Shown: positions 35,172 to 45,222 of the stretch, in pieces | How positions within the stretch are numbered: the stretch's first letter is position 1 | How the letters are laid out: each line of letters starts with the position of its first letter | DNA from: an uncultured Gammaproteobacteria bacterium | GTDB taxonomy: Bacteria; Patescibacteriota; Microgenomatia; Curtissbacterales; GWA2-41-24 | Direction of reading: 5' to 3' | DNA: 52,585 nt | Assembly: GCA_964562855.1 (NCBI GenBank) | Contig: CAZLVB010000002.1 | Span: 1-52,585 of the forward strand | Translations under genes and position numbers: made by a program | The notes under the pieces: model-generated | Told to the model about the DNA's origin: nothing | Databases searched by the model: none | Seen by the model: the letters and a program-made list of their open reading frames with translations, nothing else

Positions 35172-37687
35172 TGGGAAAATTTGCTGCCAGTCTGCTTTTT
35201 AGTCTTCTTGTTATCTTAAGCTCTTTTCTGTTCGCTTCAGTCAACTCGTCTAGTAGCGCTTTTGCCGTAACCATTTGCCCGGATGATCCAAGCCCCGGCG
35301 GCGAACCTAATCCCCAACCTTGCAAATACGCCTGCTACACCGACAAATTAACCGATAACTACGTAACAGATGCAGACGGCAAAGCTCCAATTGAGATACC
35401 GATTACAAAAGACGATCTTGCACACGACCAGCCATTTACTGTAGACGTCAGCGAAAATTATGTCGTCGATTTTTCCAAATTACAGGGCATTTTTGGCGCT
35501 GCCAATTCCGATTTTGGCGAAGGCGGCTTTCAGGATGATTCCCACCGCCAAGAAGATATATCCGGACTTAATTCACAGGATTTTAATAAATTCCATGGTC
35601 CGGGTCAAAAGATCGCCGCCAAAACTTTGATCGACGACCTCAGGGTCAAATACGTCAAGTATATCTGGCTAAATTCGCACCTGCCGGAAGCATCGCACGA
35701 ATATACAGACTTCAATAACGAAGGCGATCCGGTAACTATCTACCAGATGATTACCGATCTGGGCTTTCCAAATCCCCCGGAGCCGCCTCCGCCGGGTGCT
35801 GACGAGGCAGCCATCAAAGCCTGGCAAGATACTTGGGGTAAATACTGGGAAAAAATCCCCACAACTTATAGTGAGTTTTATAGAGGATATTTAGTATTCA
35901 GATATGCCATGTCGGAAAAGAAATTCCTGGCGATAGAGACTGCAGGTGACTGCCCCGATGATACCGGCCGTACACCCATTGAATTTATTATGCCGGAATT
36001 CCAAAGAACAACTTCTATCTTCGACCAGCTAAACAAAATTATCGTCCCATGCGCCGCTCAATCGTTTCGCCACGGAGAAGGCCCAAACCCGGACGATCCC
36101 GACAATTGCTTCCGGCAGTATCTGGCCGCAAATTCCACCCAAAACAAAAACGCCAGTGTTCTGGGCAAATTTATTAAAGCCTGCAAAGACATTATCAACG
36201 GCGCCAGTAAAACCTTAATTAAACAACTAAGAAATGCCGGCCAAGTATCATTTAAAATCCTAAATCCCGTCAAGATTGCTTTGGCTGCAAGTCCCACGCC
36301 TGCACTAACTCCGACGCCTGCTCCCTGTTTTGTACCGCTTAAATCAGGAAAAGAAGGAACCGCGCCGTTTTGCGCCCTGCCGGAGTTCTCCGAATACACA
36401 ATGAATGGCGTGCCTCAGCGCATACCCAACTTGGGTCCAAACGATCATTGTCTGGATAAACCTACGACTAATAAACTTGATAACGACGGCAACCCAAGGG
36501 TTGTTTGTGTATTCAACATCTCTTTTTCCAAAACCTTTATTGCCAGCTCCAACATTCCTCAAGAAATCGGGAAAAGAGCTGATACGGATTTTGACAATTG
36601 TGTAGATCATGACGGGGACGGAGATTTACGGTGCACAGTCAAATTGAGAATATGGCCAGTCTACCACATCCCCTTTCTTTCGGAAATCTGGAACAACACT
36701 TTGTATTCCAATGAAGATGAAAGGGGCGTCGGCTCCCCTCAGTTAACCGGCAGACCCGGTGTTTATTCCAATTTCATTCCCAAAGCGATTTCCGAAATTC
36801 TCTTTGACAGCCCCAACGAACAAGCTCTCAGACTACTAAGAGAATGCTTACCAAACTATGATCAAGGTGATTATGGAACAATTGACCCTGCAGGATGCCA
36901 AAGACTTATTGATTTTCTCAATGCAAGTGGCCAAATAGGTTGTGTTTTAGGAACGCTAGGTGTTCCCGAACCATACAAGGAACTGGAAAAATGCATTACC
37001 AACATTCTTTCCAGAAATCTACCGGGCCAGGTTGCCTCTGATGTTCAGGGCACAAGCACTTCCAATGTCCTGGCTGCCAACTCCGGCTCCGATGCCAAAC
37101 AGCGCTTCATTGGCGCCACCGACTGTGCAAAGGTCTTTACCCGCGACATCTCGCTGAAACCCCGGGCGCTTCAAAAAGAACAAGGCATCGAAGAACAAAA
37201 ATGTAACTTACAAGCAAGGGCCCTGCCGGAAGGACCGCCGGGCCAACTTGGTCCTGCCCCGCCAAACGTTCCTCCGAATAACAATACCTGTCCAGGCACA
37301 CACGATTATGTCCTTAACAATCCTCTTGGAAATTTCGGCGACCCCGAATGCAACTTCTCGATAACTGACCTGACAGAATATCTTGAGCAGATTGACCCGA
37401 CAAATGTTGCTGATTGGCTCACAATAATACTTGACGAGAGTGGAAACAACCCAAATTCCTGGCTGACTGGTGATCCCAGCGCTCTTTACCACTCTCCAGA
37501 TCCTGCTGGCGCCTGGGGTCTCTTCCAAATGGGTAGGGGCAAAAACGGTCAATACGATCACGGAGATGTTGTTTGGCAACTGCAGGTTTATAATGCCGTA
37601 AGTTATAACAATTATTTAATCTCTATCGGTATACCATTTTGCTATTGGGAAGCAGCAATGAATCACGGGATCGCCCAAGGATGTTAA
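35171..37687 (+). CDS. Large secreted Cys-rich protein with a C-terminal lysozyme/SLT-like domain
   Basis: Signal peptide and many Cys pairs. C-terminal IILDESGNNPNS...AWGLFQM matches lytic transglycosylase ES and GLxQ motifs. Confidence 0.7.
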   Translation: MGKFAASLLFSLLVILSSFLFASVNSSSSAFAVTICPDDPSPGGEPNPQPCKYACYTDKLTDNYVTDADGKAPIEIPITKDDLAHDQPFTVDVSENYVVDFSKLQGIFGAANSDFGEGGFQDDSHRQEDISGLNSQDFNKFHGPGQKIAAKTLIDDLRVKYVKYIWLNSHLPEASHEYTDFNNEGDPVTIYQMITDLGFPNPPEPPPPGADEAAIKAWQDTWGKYWEKIPTTYSEFYRGYLVFRYAMSEKKFLAIETAGDCPDDTGRTPIEFIMPEFQRTTSIFDQLNKIIVPCAAQSFRHGEGPNPDDPDNCFRQYLAANSTQNKNASVLGKFIKACKDIINGASKTLIKQLRNAGQVSFKILNPVKIALAASPTPALTPTPAPCFVPLKSGKEGTAPFCALPEFSEYTMNGVPQRIPNLGPNDHCLDKPTTNKLDNDGNPRVVCVFNISFSKTFIASSNIPQEIGKRADTDFDNCVDHDGDGDLRCTVKLRIWPVYHIPFLSEIWNNTLYSNEDERGVGSPQLTGRPGVYSNFIPKAISEILFDSPNEQALRLLRECLPNYDQGDYGTIDPAGCQRLIDFLNASGQIGCVLGTLGVPEPYKELEKCITNILSRNLPGQVASDVQGTSTSNVLAANSGSDAKQRFIGATDCAKVFTRDISLKPRALQKEQGIEEQKCNLQARALPEGPPGQLGPAPPNVPPNNNTCPGTHDYVLNNPLGNFGDPECNFSITDLTEYLEQIDPTNVADWLTIILDESGNNPNSWLTGDPSALYHSPDPAGAWGLFQMGRGKNGQYDHGDVVWQLQVYNAVSYNNYLISIGIPFCYWEAAMNHGIAQGC

Positions 37688-38181
37688 ATCTTAACGAATT
37701 ACAACCGAAAATCAAATTGTTACTGCTTATATCACTGCCTATTCTTGTAATAATTGTAGTCCTTGCCATAACCGCTCTTAGACCAGGTAAAAAACCAGTT
37801 GGGGAACAACCGACAGCAAAACCGTCCTTGACACCGGAGAAAGTAATCCCTCCCAAAAGCGTAACTCAACAGCAACCTCAACGTGTTAAGGATATAAAAC
37901 AGGAAATTATCGCCAAGCCAATTAGAAATCAGGGGGGCGATTTAATTCTAAATGAATCATCCGCTTTAACCATAAGTTATGTCCCTAAGCTGGAAATCTT
38001 TTTTGTATCAATCAAAACAGAACCCGTGGACAACCTAAGAGAAGAAGCACACCAGTGGTTTTTAAATTTTGGACTTAAAAATGAAGATCTTTGCGGTCTG
38101 CCAGTACGACTTACACTATATTATCCAACACTTAAAAATGCCCACCCTGACTTTGGAATCTTACCGGACGGTTGTACATAA
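37681..38181 (+). CDS. Single-pass membrane hypothetical protein
   Basis: TM, Pro-rich linker, small domain with two Cys. ATG 37681 overlaps the previous stop. Confidence 0.65.
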   Translation: MLNLNELQPKIKLLLLISLPILVIIVVLAITALRPGKKPVGEQPTAKPSLTPEKVIPPKSVTQQQPQRVKDIKQEIIAKPIRNQGGDLILNESSALTISYVPKLEIFFVSIKTEPVDNLREEAHQWFLNFGLKNEDLCGLPVRLTLYYPTLKNAHPDFGILPDGCT

Positions 38182-38196
38182 CTTTCTCTCTCTTGG

Positions 38197-39351
38197 TCAC
38201 CTCCCCGATAGCTGTTTAAAATCGTAGTCTTTCTTTGTCATATGACAGTTGTCGCACTTCTGTGCACTTGCTTCCAAAGCCGCACCGCAATTTGGGCAGG
38301 GTTTTGACCCTGCACGAAACAAATCCGGTGCCAGATTAGCTAAGGTGTTAATCGGTGACTGATATAAGTCGCTCAGCACTGACAGACCGCAGGTGCCGCA
38401 AGCAAATCGCCTGATTTGGTTTCCGTACTGAGCCACAAACCCCCCGATACTTGCGTAAACTTGGCGCGCAAATTCGCGGTGTCTGTCTTGTAAAAGTTGC
38501 CCCGCATCAATTAGAGGCAATTCAACACAGCCGTCAACTACCCATTTGGCAAAAGCCATCTCTATCTTTGCCTGCCCCAGTCGCAAGGTTTTATCATCCG
38601 CACCGTTTGCAATCAAGGCGGCCAGCATCCCGGCAAGACTATTTACCCCATCTCGATATTTGGAAAAGTCTTTGCTCTTTGCTTCTAAAAATTCTGCTTC
38701 TGTAGGCATGTCACAAATGTCCTGTCTAAAGACCGAAAAGTCTGCCCCGTCAACAATAATCGGATTTCGTAAAAAATCATTCGGATGAACCTCGCTGCTA
38801 AAATAATTTCCAGCCAGAACAGAATTTGCTTCGCGCCGCTGTCCGTGAAGCGACTTTTCATTCCTCCAGGCGTACATGTCGATTTGCCTCTCTTGCGGAT
38901 CGTATTGCCCGAAAAAGTAAAAGCTGTAACTTCCGCACCCGTCCGGAGGACTTATTAAAAGTACCGCCTTTGGGCCCTTGGAATTTTTAAGCTCCCTTAT
39001 TTTCAAAAATCCCGAAAGCTCGGCCTCTTCTCTGTCACTCGATTTGCCCGCAAGCTTACGCATGTCAATTGCTGCCTGATAACTTTCAATAACATCACCA
39101 AGTGCTTTGTATTTCGGAGAGATTACGCCGTCATCAGCAAATTTGTAACTAAAATGCACTAATTTCTCCTTGGTAAACCTTTCCCAAAATAAATAGACAA
39201 GATCCCGCTGAATCATTCCTCCTACTTCATTCCTGGCTATATCGCTGGAACTCTCATGCTCAAGATGCTCAAAATGCCTTCTATAAAGTTCCGGCCTAAA
39301 ATCCAGATTTTTTTCGCAGGATAATGTGGAATTACAAGTTTCTACTCTCAT
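38197..39351 (-). CDS. Hypothetical protein with CGTCG motif and C-terminal Zn ribbon, downstream of the cobalamin riboswitch
   Basis: Long ORF with ACGTCG and CPNCG....CDNC. Start ATG 39351, since the track start lies in a repeat. Confidence 0.75.
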   Translation of the reverse strand: MRVETCNSTLSCEKNLDFRPELYRRHFEHLEHESSSDIARNEVGGMIQRDLVYLFWERFTKEKLVHFSYKFADDGVISPKYKALGDVIESYQAAIDMRKLAGKSSDREEAELSGFLKIRELKNSKGPKAVLLISPPDGCGSYSFYFFGQYDPQERQIDMYAWRNEKSLHGQRREANSVLAGNYFSSEVHPNDFLRNPIIVDGADFSVFRQDICDMPTEAEFLEAKSKDFSKYRDGVNSLAGMLAALIANGADDKTLRLGQAKIEMAFAKWVVDGCVELPLIDAGQLLQDRHREFARQVYASIGGFVAQYGNQIRRFACGTCGLSVLSDLYQSPINTLANLAPDLFRAGSKPCPNCGAALEASAQKCDNCHMTKKDYDFKQLSGR

Positions 39352-39363
39352 GCCTGCTCGGGT

Positions 39364-39424
39364 CCCTCGCATTCGCTCGGGATAAACTCAGGAAAGTTTA
39401 CCCTGAGGAGCGTAGCGACGAAGG
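39364..39424. repeat. Two-arm REP/MITE-like element
   Basis: Left arm 25/27 identical to 51503-51529. Right arm CTGAGGAG.G.AGCGACGAAG also at 51568-51595. Confidence 0.75.
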
Positions 39425-39576
39425 GCGGTCGGTCTCCTGGCTTCCCAAAAACCCAAAAGGGCTGGGTTACAGTTGCGGCACAGCTCCGGATTCACACCGG
39501 ATTTCCGTTTGAAGTATGAGCCTTCTCTCCATCCGAAGCTTTATGCGTAGGACGGAAATGACTCAAACCGCTCCTT
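39421..39576 (-). promoter_or_regulatory. Cobalamin (B12) riboswitch
   Basis: Minus strand: P1 AAGGAGCGGT/ACCGCCCTT, core AAACGGAAATCCGGTGTGAATCCGGAGCTGTGCCGCAACTGTAA, B12-box GGAAGCCAGGAGACC. Confidence 0.88.
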
Positions 39577-39740
39577 CATTGTTAACCGTCAGTTGTCAGA
39601 TGTCAATCCTTCGACGTTGCTCAGGTCTTCGACTCTGAGGAATGAGCCATTGGCTCAGACTCGAAGAGATGGCCCTGAGTTATATCGAATGGGTCAATTG
39701 TCAATTGTTATTTCAGGTGCTACTATTGAATTAGCCTGTA

Positions 39741-41303
39741 ATGATAAAAGTAGCTGCCTTGCCTGCGTTAGTCGTTAGTCGTTTTGCTTTAGTCATACTT
39801 GTCGCTTTCCTCTTTTCCCTTTTCACTTTGATTCTCCTCGCCCGCCCCGCCCACGCCACCAGTCACGAACCTAGTCCGTCACCCAGCGCTGAATGCCAAG
39901 TACCAGAGGGCGCTACAGGCCAGCAAGTAATTGACACCTTTAACAAGTGTGCAATTAAGAAAAACGTCTTTGACGACAAGGTCTTTAACATGAACCAAAT
40001 AGCGGGAACGACAGACAGTCTTTACACGATCTTAATCGGTAAATCTCTCCTTCACCCCGAAACTGACGAAGTTACCCAAGGCAAAGGTGCGGTTGCAGCA
40101 ACAGGTAAACTGGCGATGAGCCTGTTCTCTAGGCCCCCGGTTTCCGGTGTAGATTATTTCGCCTCGCAAATTCAGAAATTTAATCCTATTCAGCCAGCCT
40201 ACGCTCAAGGTCTAGGCTTCACGGCACTCACACCCGTTCAGGGATTATGGGAAAAATTCAGGAATGTTTCTTATTTGGGATTCGTCATTGTCTTTGTGAT
40301 CATCGGTTTTATGATTATGTTCCGGGCTCATATTTCCCCGCAGGCAGTGGCTACGGTGCAGGATTCTTTGCCTAGAATTGTTATCGCCTTAATTTTAGTT
40401 ACCTTCAGCTATGCTATCGCCGGTCTGATGATAGACGTAATGTTTTTATCCATTAATGTTGCTATCAAGCTACTACAGCCTGACTATATAGGAGCAGGTA
40501 AAGAAAATCTGGTATTCGAGCAAAGCATCATCCAAATAACCGTACATGCCTGGGACAACATAGTAGGCGGTGTGGCCGGTGCCCTTAATAACATTATAGA
40601 GAGCACTATCGATATTGGCCTTGGAACCATTGGCGATCTTATAGAATGGGGGCTTTCCGGAATCGGAGGACTGATTGCCGGAATTGCCATGCTCTTTATT
40701 ATGTTCAGAGTTTTTCTAATGCTTCTGATGGCATATGTGATGATTCTGATCATGACTTTAGCAGCCCCTTTTTACTTCTTGATTCAGGCTCTTCCCGGCA
40801 ACAACGGCGCCAAGGAATGGTTTAAACAAATGGCCGCAAATGTTTCCGTATTCCCAGTAGTGGCCTTAATGGTCCTGCTCGCCGGAGCACTGACTGGAAT
40901 CGGGGACCTTGGAGGAGGGGGCACAGCTAAAATACCGGATGCAGAGGTTCTCAAGTTTCCGCTTCTTGTTGGTGGTTTTGAAGGAGATAAGATTATTAAA
41001 CTTATCGGATTTGGCATTTTGTTTATGACTCCCGAGGCGGCCAAGATGATTAAAGAAGCAATCGGCGCCAAAGGTCTCGGCGGGGGAGCCGGATTGGGTG
41101 CCGGCGCAGCCGCACTTGGGTCTGGGGCTGGCGTTCTTGCTGCTGGAGGAAAACGCGTTGGTGAGAGCCGCCTTGGAAGAGCCTATTCAGACATTATGGA
41201 ACATCGAGGTCGAGAAGGGTCTCAAAGGATAATAAATAGAATTTCCGGAACCAATGCCGAGGGAGCACCAAATATACTAGCCAGAGGCAAATTGCCGAAG
41301 TAA
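39741..41303 (+). CDS. VirB6/TrbL-like polytopic membrane protein
   Basis: WEKFRNVSY, GFMIMFR, SLPRIVIALILVTFSYAIAGLMID, Gly-rich tail. T4SS-locus context. Confidence 0.7.
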   Translation: MIKVAALPALVVSRFALVILVAFLFSLFTLILLARPAHATSHEPSPSPSAECQVPEGATGQQVIDTFNKCAIKKNVFDDKVFNMNQIAGTTDSLYTILIGKSLLHPETDEVTQGKGAVAATGKLAMSLFSRPPVSGVDYFASQIQKFNPIQPAYAQGLGFTALTPVQGLWEKFRNVSYLGFVIVFVIIGFMIMFRAHISPQAVATVQDSLPRIVIALILVTFSYAIAGLMIDVMFLSINVAIKLLQPDYIGAGKENLVFEQSIIQITVHAWDNIVGGVAGALNNIIESTIDIGLGTIGDLIEWGLSGIGGLIAGIAMLFIMFRVFLMLLMAYVMILIMTLAAPFYFLIQALPGNNGAKEWFKQMAANVSVFPVVALMVLLAGALTGIGDLGGGGTAKIPDAEVLKFPLLVGGFEGDKIIKLIGFGILFMTPEAAKMIKEAIGAKGLGGGAGLGAGAAALGSGAGVLAAGGKRVGESRLGRAYSDIMEHRGREGSQRIINRISGTNAEGAPNILARGKLPK

Positions 41304-41306
41304 TTT

Positions 41307-44300
41307 TTATTTCCCTAATTCTGCAAAAGTATAGCCGAATAGTCTTTTAATAAACTCCCAGATCATCGCAATCGAAACTCCAAATGGTAAGAATTTACTT
41401 TCCCAAGCGGCAAAACGGGCAACTTCCCCATATTGCCTCGTTCTTCTAAAAACTACATTCCCTAAAAATTTTCCTTTTGCAAACCCTAATAACTCATGCT
41501 TAAAATAATTCCCCTGCTCCTTCTTAATCGCACCATTTTGCACGAGGAGGTCTACAAGACTTTCGCCAGCACCTGACTGCATATTATCAACGTCTAATAA
41601 TCTTCTCCAATGCTTATTGGCAATCTCCCAATGAATTTTAACTGCCATGTTCATCCAAGGCCAGAGTCTGACATTTCTCCCAGAGTAAAAAACAGCGTCT
41701 TTATCGTTAATTTGTAAGAACCTTTCGTTTGATGGATCACGCATGTAACCCTGAAGTTGACTCCTGTCAAAATATGCCAACGCTGCTTTTCTATCAGAAT
41801 ACAAATCGATCATTTCAAATTGACGTAATTTATGGGCGATTGTACTAAAGCGCGCTTGAGAAAAAGAAAAAAATGAGGTATCACCGCTGTCGATCATTTC
41901 AGCAATTGCTGCTGATCTCGCCCAACCAATAAACCCTTCAAAATAAGGGTCCCTGACACCGCTGTTTGGATCATTTGCGCTCTCAGTCTCAAGCGCACGG
42001 CGGTAACTTTCGTCCGGAACAAAATCAGCTTTTCTCATCATCTCTTTTGTACGTCTCTCGACTTCTTCAAGCTGTTCAGCCGTCATAAAATATTTTGCAA
42101 ACCGAACCATCGTTCTGTTTTGAGGTAAAAGATTACCGTGCTCTCCAAGAAGTTTTTTTCTGAAAATAGCATTGACCTCAGTCTCTTCATACCCCCGACC
42201 ACGCTCTTCATTGATAATAAAGTCCATAAAATGATCTATATGCCTGCTGTAAAACATCTTTGTGTGCTGGGCAAAAGCAATTTGCTGGGGAACTTGCGCT
42301 AACTTTTTGGTTTTATAATTGACACCATAAATTCGAATGATGTCAAAATCCGACCAGGCAAAGGCCCAAGCTAAATGATAGGCGTTCTTATCGACAGCTT
42401 CCAGAAAACCGAATTTATCCAACTCGTCAATTAATTCTTGAGTCCGCTGCTGGCGCAATTCCTCAATCTTGCTTTCCAATTCCTGGCCTGTATATTTTTC
42501 TCTTAACTGTTGCTCTAACATTAAAAACCGCTCATCTTTTTCAAGACGAAGTCCTCGTGTTACCAACACATGTTTAAGACGTTCTCTTAATTCAGCACGG
42601 CGTTTATCCAAATTGTCGGCACCGTCTTTGTCCTTGCCGAATGCTCCAAGAAGCGTATTAGTATCCAACCAGCTTTGGATTGCTTCTGCCATATTAGCCA
42701 CATCGTATCGCCATGCCCTGTTGATTATCCTCATCAATTGCTGTTTTTCCGAAGGCGATAAATTATCAAGATCTGCCACACTGTTAATTCTGCCAAATAG
42801 CGTTTCGTTACCTCTGGACGACAATTTTTTAACAAATTCAAATATTACGATTTTTTCATCATCCCCTGTGTTTGCATCAAGGTGCAATTCCCTTTTTGTC
42901 ATTTCTTCGACGTTGTTCATTCTCTTTCGTTCATCTTCAAGCTGACCGAAATAAATGCTCACCGCCTCATCTAACAAGTTTAGATATTCCTGATCATTTT
43001 CACTCATAAACTTTCTTAATCGGCTATCGTGTGCAAATCTTTTGGCAAAGTTGACCCAAGTCTCATCGTCAAAGAGATTTTGGAATACATTAATTAACGT
43101 ATCAGGATTCATAGTTGCCCTCTCAAGCTGTACACGAAAGGAATGAAATGCCTGGAAAGCTTTTAGTTCTTCATTCAGTTCATTTAAAATTCTGCGTCCT
43201 TCTGAATCCTCGGTTTGAACCCTTTCAATCATACGGATTGCTTTCCCGATGTTCTCTTGTAATTGTTCAGGCGTGTAATCCGTCCTCTCGATAAAGCGAT
43301 AAATATTGGTGATACGCTCTGGAACCTCCTGCCACCTTGCTGGGGGTTTTGTTAAAAGGTCAATGCTTACGCTTTCCTCGGTTCCATATATCTCTTTTGT
43401 CGCTCTCCATGCCCTAAGACCAACTACCTCCCCGCCTATGCTTCGCTCATAATCTCTGGAGACTTTATCGATAATTCCTCTTGTACGTGTCACATTCCCT
43501 TCAGAATCAGTGTAAATTCCACCAAAAACATACGCCCGAACATTCTCCGGTTTGTTCCAGCCGGCAAGAATTCCCTGAAGCTGGGTACCTAAGGCAATTT
43601 CCAAATCTTCCAGTATAATCTTTCTCATTTTGTCATCCATTCGGTCATAGACAGTTTGAAAGTCTTTGTCCAAATCCTCAAATTTGCTCTTAAAGTTTTC
43701 AATTGGCCTGGAAGTTAGAAATGTTTCCAAAATTTCGATGGCTTTTCTACCATCAGGCAGTGGAGGCTCGTAATGCTCCGAAGTATATATCGCCTCTTCA
43801 ATTGTAGTAACAAAATCATACACATTTAAAAATTGCCTTTGCTGGACCGACAGATTAAACTCGTTGATTGCCTCCTGCAACCTACCTGTCCAAGTGATCC
43901 ACTGTGGATTATCTGGTGTATTGTCCCCCGTGCGGACTAAAATCTTTAATTTTGCGATAATTTCTCTCAAAGGAAGTGTTTGAACTGCGGTTTCGGCTTC
44001 TGGTTCTTCTTCTCCTTCCATTGCGCCCGGCCCGCCTTTTTCGGTTGCCTGGGCAAATTCTTCGACCTCCAAATAATGTTCGGCCTTATCAGCAGTTAAT
44101 GTTTCCTCGTCAGTACTCTGTACTTTAGCAATTAATTTCTTAGCCAGTGCTTTTTCTACCTTTAAATGAGTCTCAGTACCCTCCATGCTCTCCTGTTCAT
44201 ACTCAAAATCTTTATCGTCTAATTTAATAGCCTTTGCGTTTCTTAAAACACTTTGTGCTTCCGCGACAATCTCTCCGTCCGTCATCTTATTGACTACTTT

Positions 44301-44624
44301 CTGGTCAAGCCCTCCAAATTCAAGGAGTAGATTTTTGAACTGAAGTAATTCCCCGGGAGAAACTACTACTTTGTGCTCATCTTGGATCGCGGCTATTATC
44401 TTTATCGCGCTTTTTGCTTTTTTGTAAGGGATTACAGGATGATCTTCTTCTTTTACCTCTAGCTTTCTAGTTTGAGACTGCTGTTTTTCTTCATTTTGCT
44501 TTCTCTCTGCTCGTTTTTGGCTGCGTTTTTCCTCTGCCTTGCTTCTGGCGCGTTTCGTCTCGCCATCACTTTGCCTTTTTTCTTTGGATTCCTCTTCTTG
44601 GCGTTGTGGCACTGCCTCCGCCAT
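41307..44624 (-). CDS. Large alpha-helical, charged hypothetical protein with a C-terminal amphipathic/hydrophobic tail
   Basis: About 1105-aa ORF. ATG 44624 is preceded by AAGGGGG. Confidence 0.8.
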   Translation of the reverse strand: MAEAVPQRQEEESKEKRQSDGETKRARSKAEEKRSQKRAERKQNEEKQQSQTRKLEVKEEDHPVIPYKKAKSAIKIIAAIQDEHKVVVSPGELLQFKNLLLEFGGLDQKVVNKMTDGEIVAEAQSVLRNAKAIKLDDKDFEYEQESMEGTETHLKVEKALAKKLIAKVQSTDEETLTADKAEHYLEVEEFAQATEKGGPGAMEGEEEPEAETAVQTLPLREIIAKLKILVRTGDNTPDNPQWITWTGRLQEAINEFNLSVQQRQFLNVYDFVTTIEEAIYTSEHYEPPLPDGRKAIEILETFLTSRPIENFKSKFEDLDKDFQTVYDRMDDKMRKIILEDLEIALGTQLQGILAGWNKPENVRAYVFGGIYTDSEGNVTRTRGIIDKVSRDYERSIGGEVVGLRAWRATKEIYGTEESVSIDLLTKPPARWQEVPERITNIYRFIERTDYTPEQLQENIGKAIRMIERVQTEDSEGRRILNELNEELKAFQAFHSFRVQLERATMNPDTLINVFQNLFDDETWVNFAKRFAHDSRLRKFMSENDQEYLNLLDEAVSIYFGQLEDERKRMNNVEEMTKRELHLDANTGDDEKIVIFEFVKKLSSRGNETLFGRINSVADLDNLSPSEKQQLMRIINRAWRYDVANMAEAIQSWLDTNTLLGAFGKDKDGADNLDKRRAELRERLKHVLVTRGLRLEKDERFLMLEQQLREKYTGQELESKIEELRQQRTQELIDELDKFGFLEAVDKNAYHLAWAFAWSDFDIIRIYGVNYKTKKLAQVPQQIAFAQHTKMFYSRHIDHFMDFIINEERGRGYEETEVNAIFRKKLLGEHGNLLPQNRTMVRFAKYFMTAEQLEEVERRTKEMMRKADFVPDESYRRALETESANDPNSGVRDPYFEGFIGWARSAAIAEMIDSGDTSFFSFSQARFSTIAHKLRQFEMIDLYSDRKAALAYFDRSQLQGYMRDPSNERFLQINDKDAVFYSGRNVRLWPWMNMAVKIHWEIANKHWRRLLDVDNMQSGAGESLVDLLVQNGAIKKEQGNYFKHELLGFAKGKFLGNVVFRRTRQYGEVARFAAWESKFLPFGVSIAMIWEFIKRLFGYTFAELGK

Positions 44625-44805
44625 CTTATTTCCCCCTTTAATTCTAGGGTAAGAGCTTTGGGTACCAATTGCAACAAATTGCTCGTTCATTGGGGGAGAG
44701 TTTAACTTAAGTATGTCTAGCTCGTCTTGATATCTAGCTAACAAAAGGCTAACAAGAGCAAATGGTGATAATTGTTGGATTGTTATATTGTTAAATTGTT
44801 CAAGA

Positions 44806-45186
44806 ATGGCTGAACAAAAATATTTGCAGCTAAATGACCTTAGCTGCTATAAAAGGGCCTTAGCGCTATCAAACTACGTCTGGGATATTGTGATCTCATG
44901 GGAGTGGTTTGCCAAAAGAACAGTTGGGGTGCAGTTTGTCACGGCGATTGACTCGATATCAGCAAACATTGCCGAGGGTTTCGGAAGATATGGTAAAAAG
45001 GATAAAATTAAATTCTACTTTTACAGTTTTGGTTCAGTTAAAGAAGGCTTAGACTGGAACGAAAAATCTAAAATCAGAAAGCTTTTAACTAAAAAGCAGT
45101 ATGAACACATTCTCAATGAACTCCAGGCCTTACCTAAAGAAATCCACCATCTTATAAAATTCACCAAGGAGAAACTAAAAGATTAA
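44806..45186 (+). CDS. Four-helix-bundle protein (23S rRNA IVP / bAvd-like family)
   Basis: LNDLSCYKRA, QFVTAIDSISANIAEGFGRYGKKDKIKFY.YS.GS..E. Flanked by inverted 8-mer arrays. Confidence 0.9.
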   Translation: MAEQKYLQLNDLSCYKRALALSNYVWDIVISWEWFAKRTVGVQFVTAIDSISANIAEGFGRYGKKDKIKFYFYSFGSVKEGLDWNEKSKIRKLLTKKQYEHILNELQALPKEIHHLIKFTKEKLKD

Positions 45187-45222
45187 CAATACAACAATAC
45201 AGCAATATAACAATCTTGTCTT

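Noticed and set aside
29844-45186. Diversity-generating retroelement (Avd-like genes)
   Set aside because: No reverse transcriptase and no TR/VR pair with adenine-specific mismatches seen
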